This document shows, in pieces, positions 1-15,076 of a stretch of DNA of 64,000 nt. The notes beneath the pieces were generated by a model. That model saw only the letters and a list, made by a program, of their open reading frames with translations, did no database searches and was not told where the DNA came from. Position numbers and translations under genes: made by a program. The stretch's first letter is position 1. Each line of letters begins with the position of its first letter. The stretch is from the human T2T-CHM13v2.0 reference genome, Homo sapiens, in NCBI RefSeq assembly GCF_009914755.1, contig NC_060947.1; one strand, given 5' to 3'.

Positions 1-1288
1 TGCATTTGATAGAAATCAGCAGTGGAGCCACCCACTCCTGGGCTTTTTTTTTTTTTTTTTAATGGAAGGCTTTTTATTACTGCTTCAATCTCATTACTAA
101 TTGTTGGTCTATTAAGGTTTTCTATTTCTTCCGTATTCAATTCTGATAGGTTGTATGTTTTTAGGAATTTATCTGTTTCCTCTGGGTTTTCCAGTTTGTT
201 AATATATAGTTGTCCCTAATAGTCTCTGGTAATCTTTTTTGTGGTATTAGTGGTAAAATGTCTCATTTTTCAGTTCAGATTTTGGTTATTTAGATCTTTT
301 CTTGTCTTTGTTAGTCTAGTTAGTGATTTATTTTCTTTATTTTTTGAAAAATTAACTTTCCCTTTCATTCATTCTTTTTTTGTTTTTAGTCTCTATTTTG
401 TCCAGTCCTGTTCTGATATTTATTATTTCTTTTCTTCTCGTAAATTGGGATTTGGTTTGTTCTTGCTTTTCTAGTTCCTGGAGATGTATTATTAGATTAT
501 TTATTTCAAATCTTTTTACTTTCTGATGTAGGTTTTTATTATTATAAACTTTGCTCTAAGTACTTTTTTTCCTGTAATCCACAGGTTTTAGTATGTTGTT
601 TTTCCATTTTCATTTGTTTCAAGAACTATTTTTATTTTTGTCTTAATTTTTTCTTTGACCTATTGGTCATTCAGGAGCATGCTGTTTAATTTGTATGTAT
701 TTGTATTTAATTTGTATTGTATGTATTTGTATGTAAATTGTATACAAATTTGTATGTAAATTGTACACAAATTTGTAATTGTATTTGTACACAAATTTGT
801 AATTGTATACAATTTGTACACAATTGTATACAAATTATACACAAATTTGTAATTGTATACAAATTTGTATGTAAATTGTATACAAATTTGTAAAACATTC
901 CTCTGCTTTTTTGTTTCTACTTTTATTTCTTCGTTATCTGAGAAGGTACTGAATTGGAAACATTTTTGAGTCTTTATTTGTGGCCTAACATAGAGTTTAT
1001 CCTGGAGAATGTTGCATGGGCTGTAGAAGAAAGTGTATTCTATAGTCATTGGGTTTAATGTTCTGTAAGTGCTTTGTAGGTCCGTTTGGTCTAAAGCCTA
1101 GTTCAAATCTCATTTTTCTTGTTGATTTTCTGTGTAGATTATCTGTCTCCTGCCAAGATTGTGGTGTTGAAGTCCCCCACAATTATTGCATTGAAATCTA
1201 TCTCTCGCTAAAGATGTAATATTTGAATTATGAATCTGGGTGCCCTATTATTGGGTAATGTATCCTGTTGCAGGATTAATACTTTTTG
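1..1288 (-). mobile_element. Old LINE-1 (L1M/L1MA-type), ORF2 endonuclease and downstream region; continues beyond window start
   Basis: Antisense L1 ORF2 sequence; minus-strand ORFs give EN-like peptides (MTIEYTFFYSP, WGTSTPQS). Confidence 0.9.
688..893. repeat. AT-rich quasi-palindromic minisatellite inside L1
   Basis: Alternating TTTGTA/TACAAA units: TTGTATACAA, TACAAATTTGTA, TTGTACACAA, ACAATTGT. Confidence 0.95.
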
Positions 1289-2955
1289 TGGGTAGATGCT
1301 ATGTATGTATATATAGTATTGGGGTATCTGGGATATTTTCATACAGGCAATACTGCATAATAATCACATCCTAGTAAAAGGGGCATCCATCACTTCAATT
1401 ATTTATCCCTTCTTTCTGTTACAAACAATCCAATAATACTCTTTTAGTTACTTTAAATTGTACAATAAATGATTGGCAACTGTAGTTACTCTGTTGTGCA
1501 ATCAAATACTAGTTCTTATTCATTCTGTCAAACTATATTTTTTTAATACATGAACAATCTCTACTTCCCTCTACTCACATTACCCTGCCCAAACTCATAA
1601 CCATCATTTTACCTGTATCTCCATGGGTTCAATTGTTTTAATTTTAACTCCTATAAATGAGTGAAAACATGTTTTGTTTGCCTTTTTGAGCCTGGCTTAT
1701 TTCATGTAACATAATGTCCTCCAGTTGCATACATGTTGTTGCAAATGACAGGTTCTCAATCGTTTTTTATGGCTGAATAGTACTCCATTGTGTATATGTA
1801 CACATATGTTCTTTATTCATTAATCTGTTGATGGTCTCAGGTTGCTTTCAAATCCTGCCTATAGTGAATAGTGCTACAATAACTAGTGCTGCAATAAATG
1901 TGGGAGTGCAGATATGTCTTTATATACTGATTTCCTTTCTTTTGAATATATACCTAGCAGTGGGATTGCTGGATCATATGGTGGTTCTGTTTTAAGTTTT
2001 TGAGAAACCTCCAAACTGGTCCATAATGGTTGTACTAATTTACATTCTTACCAACAGAGTACAAGGGTTCCCTTTTCTCCACATACTCACCAGCATTTGT
2101 TATTGCCTGTCTTTTGGATATAAGCCATTTTAACTAAAGTGAGATAATATCCCATTGTAGTTTTGATTTGCATTATCTGATGACCAGTGATGTTATCACC
2201 TGTTCTGATACCTGTTTACCATCTGAACGTCATGTTTTGAAAAATATCTATTCATATCTTTTGCCCATTTTAAAATCACATTATTAGATATTTTCTATAC
2301 AATTGTTCATGCTCCTTGTATATTCTGGTTATTAATCTCTTCTCAGATGAATTGTTTGCAAATATTTTCTCCCATTCTGTGCGTTGTCTCTTCACTTTGT
2401 TAATTGCTTCCTTTGCTGTGCAGAAGCCTTTTAAGTTGATGTGATCTTATTTATATATTTTTGCTTTGGTTGCCTGTGGTTTTTGGGTATTACTCAATGA
2501 ATCTTTCCCCAGACCAATTTCATGGAGACTTTATCCAACATTTTCTTTAGTAGTTTCATAATTTGAGGCCTTAGATTTAAGTTTTTAATCAATTTTTATT
2601 TGATTTTTATATAGAGAGAAAGATAGTGGGCTAGTTCTGTTCTTCTGCATATGGGTATCCAGTTTTCCAAGTACCATTTATTGAAGACTGTCCTTTCCCC
2701 AATATATGTCTTACCACCTTTGTCGAAAATGAGTTCACTATGTATGTATGTTTTTATTTATGGGATCTAAATTTTGTTCCATTGGTCTATGTGTCTGTTT
2801 TTGTGGCTGTACCATGCTATTTTGTTTACTATGCCTCTATAGTATAATTTAAATCAGGTAATGTGATTTTTCTAGTTTTGTTCTTTTTTTCTCTGGATAG
2901 CTTTGGCTATTCTGGGTCTTTTGTGGTTTCATGTAAGTTTTAAAATTGTTTCTTT

Positions 2956-3601
<646 letters not shown>

Positions 3602-3872
3602 TATTTTGATAGGGATTGCATTGAATCTGTACATTGCTTTGGGTAGTATGTACATTTTAACGATACTGTATTTTCTAATTTGTGAAAATGGAATATCTTT
3701 ATATTTCTTTGTGTCTTCTTTGATTTCTTGAATCAGTGTTTTATAGTTTTCATTATAGAAGTATTTCTTTCCTTTCATTAAGTTTATTCCTAGATATTTT
3801 ATTTTATTTGTAGCTATTGTAAATGGGATTACTTTTTATTTCTTCTTCAGATCATTTGCTGTTGTCATATAG

Positions 3873-6800
3873 TACTGTCTTTTTAAAAAAATGTTTTTGG
3901 CTTAAAGTCTATTTCTTCTGACATAATTATAGCTACTTCTGCTCACATTTGGTTTCTATTTGCATGGAAGATCTTTTTCCATCCCTTTACTTTCGGTCTA
4001 TATATGCCTTTACGTGTAAAGTGTATTTTTTTATGCGTACTATGTAGTTGGTTGATGTTTTTGTGTTTTTTAATACATTTTTGGAACTAATCAACAAGGC
4101 TATTTGTTTTAAGTAGATACTTTAATCCATTTACAGCCAAGTTTATTATGATAGGTGAAGTTTTGTTCCTGTAACAATGTTAATTGTTTTCTGATTATTT
4201 TATCTATTTTTTGTTCCTTTCTTTCTCTCTTATTGATATTGTTGTAGTTTGGTGGTTTTATGTACTGGTACTGACTGAGTCCTTCTCTTCCTTATGTATG
4301 TTTGATTTACTAATCAGTTTTATATTTTCATGTGTTCTCATTATAGTAAATGTCTTCCTTTCCTTTCCATGTTTAGGACTCCCTTTAGCATTTCTTGTAG
4401 GTCCACCCTAGTGGTGATCAACTCCCTCAACTTTTCTTGTCTGGGAAAGATTTTATTTCTCTTTCATTTATAAAGGATAATTTTGCTGGATTTAATATCC
4501 TTGGCTAACAATTGTTTTCTTTCAGTGCTTTGAATATATCATCTAATTCTTTCTTGGCTATAAGGTTTCTGCTGAGAAATCTGCTGTTAGTCTGATGAGG
4601 GGTACATATATAGGTACAGATGTCTAGATGCCTTACTCTTCATGTTTTTAGAATATTGTCTTTGTCTTTGACTTCAGTTTGACTGTAATGTGCTATGCAG
4701 AATACCTTTTTGCGTTGTATGTTTGAGAATCTCAGATGCTCCTGTATCTGGATTTCTAAATCTCTCACTAACCTTGGGATGTTTTCATCTGTTATTTTGT
4801 TAAACATTTATTTTAACTCTTTTGCTCTCTCTTTGCCTCATAGGCCACCAATAATTTGTATATTTGATCACTTAATGGTATCCTTTATGATATGAAGGCT
4901 TCGCTTATTTTTTTTATTATTTTACATTAATTTTTATCTAACTGGATTATTTCAGAACATCTCTGTAAGTTATAAGATTCTTCTGCTTTATTTAGTCTAT
5001 TGTTGAAGCTGTGTAATATAGTTTATTTTTCATTCAATGAATTCTTCAGTTCTAGAATATCTGTTTGGTTCTTTTTTTTTTTTTAGAAAGCTACCTCTTT
5101 GGTAAGCTATTCATATCTCCTTCATATCCTATATTATTTTTATGATTCTTTGTGTTGTCTCTCAGAATTCTCTTGCATCTCATTGAGCCTATTTAGAATC
5201 AATAATTGAATTATTTTCCAGAATTTCATAAATTTCTTTTTGATTGGTAAATGTTACTAAATAATAATTGTTTTCCTTTGGAAGTGTTATTTTATTTGCT
5301 TTTTCATGTTTCATATATTCTTAGGTTGATGTCTGTGCATCTGGTGTAACAGTCCCTTTTTCTAATTTTTTATATTTGCTTTTGTAGGGAGAAACATTCT
5401 CCTGAAGATATATCTATTATGTTGGCTGGGTAAGGCAATTTGGTTTTGATTCTGAGTATATGTAATAGCATGTATTTTCTTTATGATTTCTTCAGCTGTG
5501 AACAGTATCAGTGGTATCTGTTATTTCCTTGGTGGCTTAGAGTACAGTTATTCATGGAGGCTGTGGATAAGCTTCCCTGGGGCTGTGACACCAGGTAAGC
5601 CAGTCTTTGGGCCATTTGGGGCCCAAGGTGCCATACACTGGCACCATTGCTAGCAGATCCAGGTGGATCAGCCTCTAGGTGGCTTACTTGGATGCTGATA
5701 CTGGCAGTAATGACCTAGGTAGGTGTGAAGATTCTCAGGCCCCTGTGCAGCTGGCATGACATGGAAAATGGCAGTGGCAGTTGTGGAGTGATCCTCTGGG
5801 TGCCAAACAGTGTGTGCTCATGTTAGCAGTTGTTGCAGTGGGTTGGGTGGACTACTGCCCAGACCTGCAGGTAGTACATGCAGGTAGCTGCCAGTTAAGG
5901 TGTTAATAGCTGGGTAGGTAAGTCTTATCTTAGGCCCCCAGAGGAGTGTTTCAGTGTCAATGGTGGTAGGCTGGGATGGGCAGTCCTCTGGCCCCTGGAT
6001 TCTGTGCCCTGACCAAGAGTAGGGATGAAGCTGGGTCAGCCAGGCTTGTCCTCATGCCCCTCATCAGGGGTGTGTGCGGGCACCAGCCATGATAGGCAGG
6101 GTCAGGGCAATGCCACTGATGGAATTCTCATGTGGGGGGCAGCAGTAGCCACATTTCTGCCCTGCTGCTGGGCAAGGCGATGCTGCCAGAAGGTAGAAAG
6201 CATGTGCCGCTCACAGCTCAGCCCTGGCCCTGCTCATGCCTTACACTTTGCTGCAGTACATTGCCTGTTTTGTGCCTCAGCCCCAAGTGCAGTAGCCCAC
6301 ACCTCAATCACACCTCAGCACTTGTTGTGGTATCCTATACTTCACTTCACACCTCAGCCCTGGGAGCACCAGCCCACACTTCTCTTGTGCCTCAGCCCCA
6401 GTGCCTCTGGGCTCCTGGATAGCGTGCAATATGTTGGGGATGGGGCTCTAAAATCGAGCCTTTCTGTACCTGTTTATGACTCAGGGAATGCGTGGGACCC
6501 AGCATTAGCTCTATCTCTGGAACAGTACCATCGCACGATCTTCTGGCAACTCCCTATGTTAGTTTCAGGGCCCACGAGGGTCGAGGGGCTCTCTTAGGGT
6601 TAGGATTGTAGGCAGCCAGAAGAGAATGTAGGCTACTGATAGTCTCTCACTTCCCCTTTCCCTGTTTTGAGGAGTCTCTCTTCACTTCTAGCCAGTCCCA
6701 ACAGAGTAGACTGCCTCACTACTTCTTCCTTCCTTGCTTTAGGTATTTCTTGTCACCTCTCTGTTGAATTCTAGAGTTCTGTCTTGAATGAGCTATGCAA

Positions 6801-6890
6801 AATGTGATTATCTGCTCACTATTTCATTTATTCTTAGTGGAGGAGGTGAGTACAAAATGCCTCTAGTCAGCTATCTTGATGTACTCTCTC
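3873..6890 (-). mobile_element. Outer L1 continued: ORF2 start, ORF1 and GC-richer 5'UTR (about 5520-6890)
   Basis: Antisense ORF1 motifs (tctgctgagaaatctgctgttagtctgatg); 5' end with degenerate YY1 box (cagctatcttg). Confidence 0.85.
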
Positions 6891-7982
6891 AGATTAGATA
6901 TTAAATGTCCTCTCGAAGGTGATACCAACAGTGGAAATTTATCATTAGTACATTTTTCCAAAAAACTTAACATACTTTAACATCATGAAGTATTTATTAA
7001 ACTGCTGTATATACATGGCACAGTGCTCTGAAATGTTTTGCCCTGGGGATTTTGACACTAGAGATTATTATTTCCACGTAAAGATGACAAGATTTAGCAA
7101 AAAAGTAAAGTGAGTTGAAGATTCCCAATTCAGTGGCAAAGCTGAAACTAGAAGCTACCTCACATTTATATATTATTTACATATTTTAATTATGGGTTTA
7201 TATTTTAATAATTGTGAGACTGTATTTTACATAAAGTTATCAATATTCTAAGCTTTTATGTATAATATTCACAATATGTAAATCATAATAATATAACAGT
7301 ATTTACACTCAATATTTAGAGTATTTAAAATGATAATATACAACTATTTATTAAAACTAATTTTACTAGGGAAAATATTCATGTGGTCAGAAGTAAGTTT
7401 TGATGAATTATTATCATATACAGATTAAAATTAAAATTAGTTTATTTTGTTTTTTATGATACTCTGACTTCTTACTAACATTTGAGTGGGAATGTGATTG
7501 GCAAATCTTACCACTGACCTCTCACCTATATAAGAGTTCCTCACAGCTAAATGTTCAAGAATGATGGTTTTGATAATGATGGTTGTGCTAATAAATACAA
7601 CGGCAAAGTTTTAAAATGTACTACCTTATTAAAAGCAACCCCATAATTTCTAATATAGCACTTCTCTGGTAATCTGCATGAGAATGTATTTCTTGGACTT
7701 AGAAACGTTAGTAAGGCTTCCTGCCATTTAACACTCCCCCAGACCACTCCATACCCCTAACATGGCCCAGGTCAGTTTATTGGTTAAGGATATAGGACAG
7801 ATTGGCACACAGAAAATGTAAAGTTCAGGAGATAGTTCAGAAAGTTCAGAACTCAGTGGCAAATTATTTAACTTTTGTACATTTCTGACCACCTAGTTTT
7901 ATCTACTTTTAATAAGCCTAATCTCTTGAAGCATCAAGTGACAAAGACTGCTCCTAATCTAAGTCAATTTACAGAAGCCATC

Positions 7983-8508
7983 TGTAATGGTTTTTAAACA
8001 TGACCACAAATTATTTAGTACCAATTTTAGTGAGAAATTGGATGTATGCATACCCTCATGTTAAATCTAGGTTGATTTGCAAAGCTTCATCCGTGTAGTA
8101 TTTAAAAAGTGATGCTATATTACTTCTGAAGCTAGCTTGTAAAAGGCCATACAGCTTTGTTCTTATTTACTGGAGCACTTTCTCTAGGAGCCTGGAGCCA
8201 CCATATGGGAAGTCTGAATACCCAGACATTGTCTTGCTGGGTAGGCCATATCTATGTGTTCCAGCTGACAGAATTGAGAATCCACTGAGCCCAGCTTTCT
8301 AGTCATCTGTGTCAAGGCAATAGATACATGAATGAAGCCATTTCAGTAGACCAGTTTTTCTATCAGCTAAATACTATTTAGAGACTTGTGTAGACACCAT
8401 TGGTTCTGTTTGAATTTCTGACACACTAACTTATGAGATTAAAAAATGATTGTTTTAATACACCAAGTTTTGGTGTGGTTTGTTATGTTACAATAGATAA
8501 TTTAAACA
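7983..8508 (+). mobile_element. MLT1-family MaLR solo LTR
   Basis: Starts tgtaatgg; typical MLT1 end caccaagttttggtgtggtttgttatgttacaatagataa...aaca. Confidence 0.75.
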
Positions 8509-8549
8509 CCATGACTTCAGGAAAATAAGCTTTGCCTCTCCCATCATTC

Positions 8550-9660
<1,111 letters not shown>

Positions 9661-10823
9661 TCCATGCAGCAGGTAGAAAGGTTGTGCACCTGTGATGAAT
9701 ATGACATTTAACTCATTTAAATATTTACCAGATTAGAGAAAGAAAGGTCTGCTGGACTTACACAGATGCTAAACATACAGACTTTCTACACTGCCTTTTG
9801 CTCAAGACCATCCCCCTATGATTTCAATTGTTTTCTGTTTCTCAAATCTCACCCTCCTCCAAACAACCCTCCCAGTTGGGACTAAAGTATTGGCTACCAT
9901 CCTATTTACTGTTAACCTCATCAGCATGTGAATTTTTTAATTGTAATATGAATATAATGCCAGGCTGTAGCCATGGTGACCAGGAACTAAACATACATAG
10001 TTTAATCTTCTTTGAGAAAATTTACTTGTCCAGATTCTTCCCATGTCCTTGGCTTATCTTTGGACATAATTGAGTCTTCTTTATCTCATTTTGTCTTTCA
10101 ACCATATACATTCTTTCTAGTTATATTGATGACCAAGACAATATTGGCACACACTTAAAATTTTCCAAGTACTTATGTCCATGTAATCTCTGTCTTCTTT
10201 ACATGACTTCTAAATCAAACTTATTGGAGTTTACACATGTTCTTTATACTAATTTTGTTCCCATACCATTATATTTATTTCTTCAATTTATCAGATCCTA
10301 TAAACCTTTCCTCTAGTAAGACATGACCCACTCAAGACCTCAAACACTGAGGAATCTGTTTAATATCGTGGTTTTGATACATGTTTAATTGTGTGGATAA
10401 GTGGGTGATTACTAGACAATAGAACATGGTTAGAAGTTTTCTTTATGGATTATTAGTGAAACATAACTAAAGGAGAATTATGATCTATTTGTCCTGATAC
10501 CTTTGATCATAGGTACTAAAAGTGATATTTCCATGTCCTAGTAATTAATTCATACATTATTATTAAAAACAGGGACTAGAGCACAAATTAGGAATCCCAG
10601 AAGATATAAGATTAGAATGAGAATGAATTTGGGATGTTTATATTTAGTCTCTATTTTTCATACACGTGTTCATACATACATCTACAAAGTGCTAAGCTCT
10701 TTGTTACTAATTTTCACATCATGGTAATAAGTTAGCAAGAAAGACAGAATATATACTATTGGCTAGTTTGATAGAGCCAAAATAATATAGAGAAGCAAAT
10801 CAAATCTGTGGGTAAATAGATAC

Positions 10824-11195
10824 TGTGTTAGAGAAAATGGTATGTTTGCACCAAATTGTATTTGTTTCATCTTCTTGATAAGACTGTATTTCCCAACCTC
10901 TTTCACAGCTCAGTTAAGGTCAAGTGTCACTCTCAAGTATGGCCATAAAACTGCCCATACAATTTATCTATATTCTTTTTTTCCCTGTACTGTGGCAATC
11001 TTGGAGGTCATGTGTTTTAAACTGTTTAGTCACCTTATAAAAGGAACATGGTTTCATAAATCACCACATTGAGTACCAATACCACCCAGATTAACAACCC
11101 AACCCATATTGGCATGTGCCATGAGGAAAAATTAAATTTATGTTTATTACACCACTGAGATATCAGTGTTTATTACTTATTGCAGCCAAACATAG
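10824..11195 (+). mobile_element. Old MLT1-family LTR
   Basis: gactgtatttcccaacctc and accactgagatatcagtgtttattacttattgcagc motifs. Confidence 0.65.
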
Positions 11196-11217
11196 CCTAT
11201 TCTCAGTTATGCATGGA

Positions 11218-11358
11218 TGGAAAGGAAGGGAAGGGAAAAGGGAAGGGAGGAGGGAGGGAGAGAGGAAGGAGGGGAGTAGAGGGGAAAGGAGAGGAGGGGA
11301 GGAGAGGAGAGGGGAGGGGAGGGGAGGAGAGGAGAGGCGAGGGGAGGAGGGAAAAAAA
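11218..11358. repeat. GA-rich purine microsatellite (GGAA/GGAGA/GGGGA)
   Basis: About 140 nt almost entirely purine. Confidence 0.95.
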
Positions 11359-13229
11359 GAAATATCAAATTCAGCATAAGGGGGAGAGAAGAAGCAGGGG
11401 AGATAAGTTTCTTGTCCAAAAGAGTAGATATGTTAGACATATGCCATTTTTCATTCTAATCAAAAGTCCCCAAGCACACAGAAACCATTGACCAGAATGT
11501 AACCATTTGTACATGCCAAGATAAAAATTATAGGTGTTTGTTAGTTTCACACTGATTTCTTCAAATTAAGCAATTCAATTATGAATTACCACAATGTAGC
11601 TTTATTTGTCCATAGCTTTTTATTTTTTAATGTATTTTCCAGCAAATTTTTTCTTAGTCAAAGACATACTTCAGTGAATCTCAGAAGCATCTTCTCTTCC
11701 AGAAAACTCATACCTGTTCATTTCAAGTCATTATACACTGGCAGCTGAGGAAGACAGCTGTTATCTAAATTCCATAAATACTCTGTGGAGGCTAAACTTT
11801 AGAACCTCAGTGATTCCAAACTAGCTGTGTTCTGAACTCTTGCATTTTGATGAGCCTCTCCTTTTATTGCCTTCCTGTATAAGAAAATGTTAACAAATCA
11901 GAGATCTAGATTCAATACCAGACTAAGGTGGTTGTATAAATGATACATAATTACTGGTGAAATGCCCATATTCTTACCATTAAAAATAGTGGAGTGGACA
12001 CATTTACTATCCCTAGATGTCCCAGAATACTTATCTTGACCATAATGAGTTTTTTTATGATCCTTCATCATATAGAAAATTTACCACCTTTAAATGAACA
12101 CATTGTTGATGCCCCCCCCCCAACACACACACTTAACTTTGCAGTCGTGTATGTATTTCTCAGTTTAATTCCTTAGGATGTATGATAGCATCTAAGGAAT
12201 GTCTGTTATCTTCTCATAGGAGAAGAATAAGAAATAACTATCTTTACCTACTTTATCGTGTTAATGTGTTTAGCATTTTTATTCTATAGCACACTAATGA
12301 CTTTTATGTACAGGTTTTTGGACTGAGTGCTTCTGGCCCAGCCACTTATATCATTGAGTATGGTTGATTTTCTGTGAACCTACACATTGCACTAATCTTT
12401 CTAATACAATGCTGGAGAATCAAGCTCAGAGTACAAAACGTTGATGTTATATTTCAAAAGGCAGATGGGATTGCGCATTATATTATATATTAGAAAAATA
12501 GGGAAGGGGTACTAAGTCTCCCTTGTTTTTCTCTTCAATTGGCCTGCCTACGGCTCATCAATACTGGAAATAAACAGCTCCAGAGGCTAAATGTGGCAAA
12601 TGCAGCAAATTCAGCAAATCCAAGTCCCTTAGCATTATATAATGTTGACTGCATCCATTCTACAGAATTTTAATTTGATATCACTCTCATGTTAATCCAT
12701 TTATACATTTTAGTGGGCAATAAAAGAAGTTATGGGCAATCACAAAAAGTACATAGTAGAGCTATGTGTGACACTGATGTCAGAAATTTATATTTTTGTG
12801 GAAAATTTTAAAAGGGGATCCCATGGTGGTAGATTTTTAAAATTCTAATAACAATTTTTTAAATTTCTAATAAATTAATTAGAAAAATAACTTAAATGCA
12901 CCCAAGAGTGGTGAATTTTAAAAAATCACAAGGTAGGTAAAGCTTTAAGTGAAGTGATTAAAACTGAAAGTAAGGGCATTTGAGACATGAAAAGTGATCT
13001 AGGTCTTAAGAATTACAAACTGTGTGTAATGCATTTTACCAACAATAAAGTAACATGTTCTTTATCCTTGCGATTAATCATTATAGTAGTCCTTGGGCAC
13101 CCAAACTAAAGTGAGACATAAATCAAATTGACCCAATCAACACTCAGTAACTTTAATGACATAAACAAGCAGCCAGCCTTTACCAACATCTTACTACATT
13201 TAACAGTCCCGTATTACTACCCAATGTGT

Positions 13230-13400
13230 GGAGACAGCACAGTAGGCCACAAAGAGTACCAGCTTATGGAATTTTGGTTTTACAGCCGTCACTAGCTTTA
13301 TGAAATTGGGTAAACAATAAATTTTGTGGCCCTTCAGTTTCCTCTAAATAATGAAAACAGGAGTATCCATTCTTTCTTACTATGCAGGTAGCTGCAATTG
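13230..13400 (+). mobile_element. MIR fragment
   Basis: cactagctttatgaaattgggtaa...cttcagtttcctc resembles MIR core. Confidence 0.55.
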
Positions 13401-14064
13401 TCAAGTTAATTTCTGTAAACCTATATTGAATATTATAGCACTCAAGACAATTGTGAAATATTAGATTCGCTTCCAAATAAATTTGTTTAGATGCATGGTG
13501 GTGTTTGTTTTTCTGGAAGAAAATTACTGAGCATCAATGGTAATCTCATATATATAGACCTCAGGTAAATATAGGCCAGATTTTAATTATTAGAAAAAGA
13601 GCTAAACTGAATCACTTAGGCTAAACAGAAAATGATAATTGAATTTAATTATTAACATAGGTGCCCATCTGTAACCCTCACTGGACATTAATCAGACCTT
13701 CATTAAGACACAGTTTTGTACTGATTTCCATGTTTTATAGATAATTTATAGAAACCGATAGAAACTGAGCAGAGTTCATATCATGAAAAAGGGGAGAAAA
13801 TACAATTATTTAAAGAAAATGAGTTAGAGAATTGAACAATATGGAAGGTCAAAAGTTTAGTGTCAGTTTTCAAGCACTAGATAATTATTGAGATTCCTGC
13901 CTGTTCTTCTTAATCATTTTCATTTTAACCAACCATATATACTGATACAGTTATGTTCATAACACTGCACTGTGCCAGATTTAACAAAAATAACACCAAC
14001 TAAAAAATTAAATATAGTCCTTCCCAAGGAAGCCGTGTAGGATTTTGCAGTCAATTTTGGGGGG

Positions 14065-14223
14065 AAATGGGCCAGCATAGATAAAGCATTTAAAAAACAA
14101 TGCTTTCTTTACATCTATCATAAAGGTCCAGTATGACTTTATAAATGGGCCAGCATAGATAAAGCATTTAAAAAACAATTCTTTCTTTACATCTATCATA
14201 AAGGTCCAGTATGACTTTATAAA
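14065..14223. repeat. 78-bp tandem duplication (2 copies)
   Basis: 14065-14142 versus 14143-14220 differ at one base (caatGctt/caatTctt). Confidence 0.97.
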
Positions 14224-14923
14224 AAATTAGTCAAGGAGATTATTTGGAAAAGAAACTCCCATTAATGTTTTGGACTTTGAATCCTTTATGATATTTAATA
14301 CTGGACGGATGAGTACCTGCCTTAGTTAAGTCCTGGAATATGAGATGTATTTTCTAGGTTTAGACATGCTATTATCTTTCTACTTTAATTCTTTTAAAAG
14401 TTTTAAAAGAGAAATTAAATGTAAGTTTTTGAAAAGACAATAGTTAATTTATTTGTATAAGGAAAAAGTCATCTCTAGTGAGTGATTGCAATTAAAAGTT
14501 AAAAACTAGCAGATGTATACTTTCCCTCTTATGCACATAAAAACCAAATCCATACTATTTCCTCTTCAGTTGTTTCTCCGTATATCTTCTCTATTACTAT
14601 TTATGGCAGGATTATTCTCCCAGATATGCCCACTCTGAAACCTACTTAACTTTTCCTTCCATTTCCTTTACTCCTACATCCAAATGATTGGTTAAATGCC
14701 ATTGAATCGACCACTGTACTATCTTTCCTTAATTCTACCAATTAATTTTTTCTTAATTCCACCTCTCTTAATTTCACCAATTACATTTAAATTTAAATTT
14801 CAGCTTGTAGTATTAAACCCCATTATTTATATTGCATGTTGTGGCCATACTTACCTCTCTAAAATTTTCTCTTATTGTCAAAGTGCTACTTTAAAATTTT
14901 CAGTGAATTAAGTTTGTCTAAAG

Positions 14924-15076
14924 CATGACATCTCAAAATGCCATCCCAGAGTCAGCAACATTAAAATCACCTTGGAGCTTCTTAGAAATACAGTGTGTGA
15001 AGTCTTACCCGGAAACAACTGATTCAGAAATTCTGAGGACGAAGCCTAGTAATCTGTATTTGAACAAGCCCTCCAG
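14924..15076 (+). mobile_element. MER5A (hAT-Charlie) left part
   Basis: atcaccttggagcttcttagaaatac...aatctgtatttgaacaagccctccag. Confidence 0.8.

Noticed and set aside
660-1049. 129-aa repetitive ORF
   Set aside because: Produced by the TTTGTA/TACAAA array plus L1 EN remnants
6025-6597. 190-aa ORF antisense in an L1 5'UTR (ORF0-like position)
   Set aside because: Old non-L1PA 5'UTR, no recognisable ORF0 similarity; GC-rich UTRs yield long frames by chance (same for 53606-54067 and 42899-43282)
9690-9790. Box C motif GTGATGA suggesting a snoRNA
   Set aside because: No box D at a suitable distance and no terminal stem
12830-12930. Imperfect inverted repeat gatttttaaaattc / gaattttaaaaaatc
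   Set aside because: Low-complexity AT-rich sequence; expected by chance
14065-14223. Repeats as a possible CRISPR-like array
   Set aside because: No unique spacers, only two abutting copies, primate DNA, no cas genes
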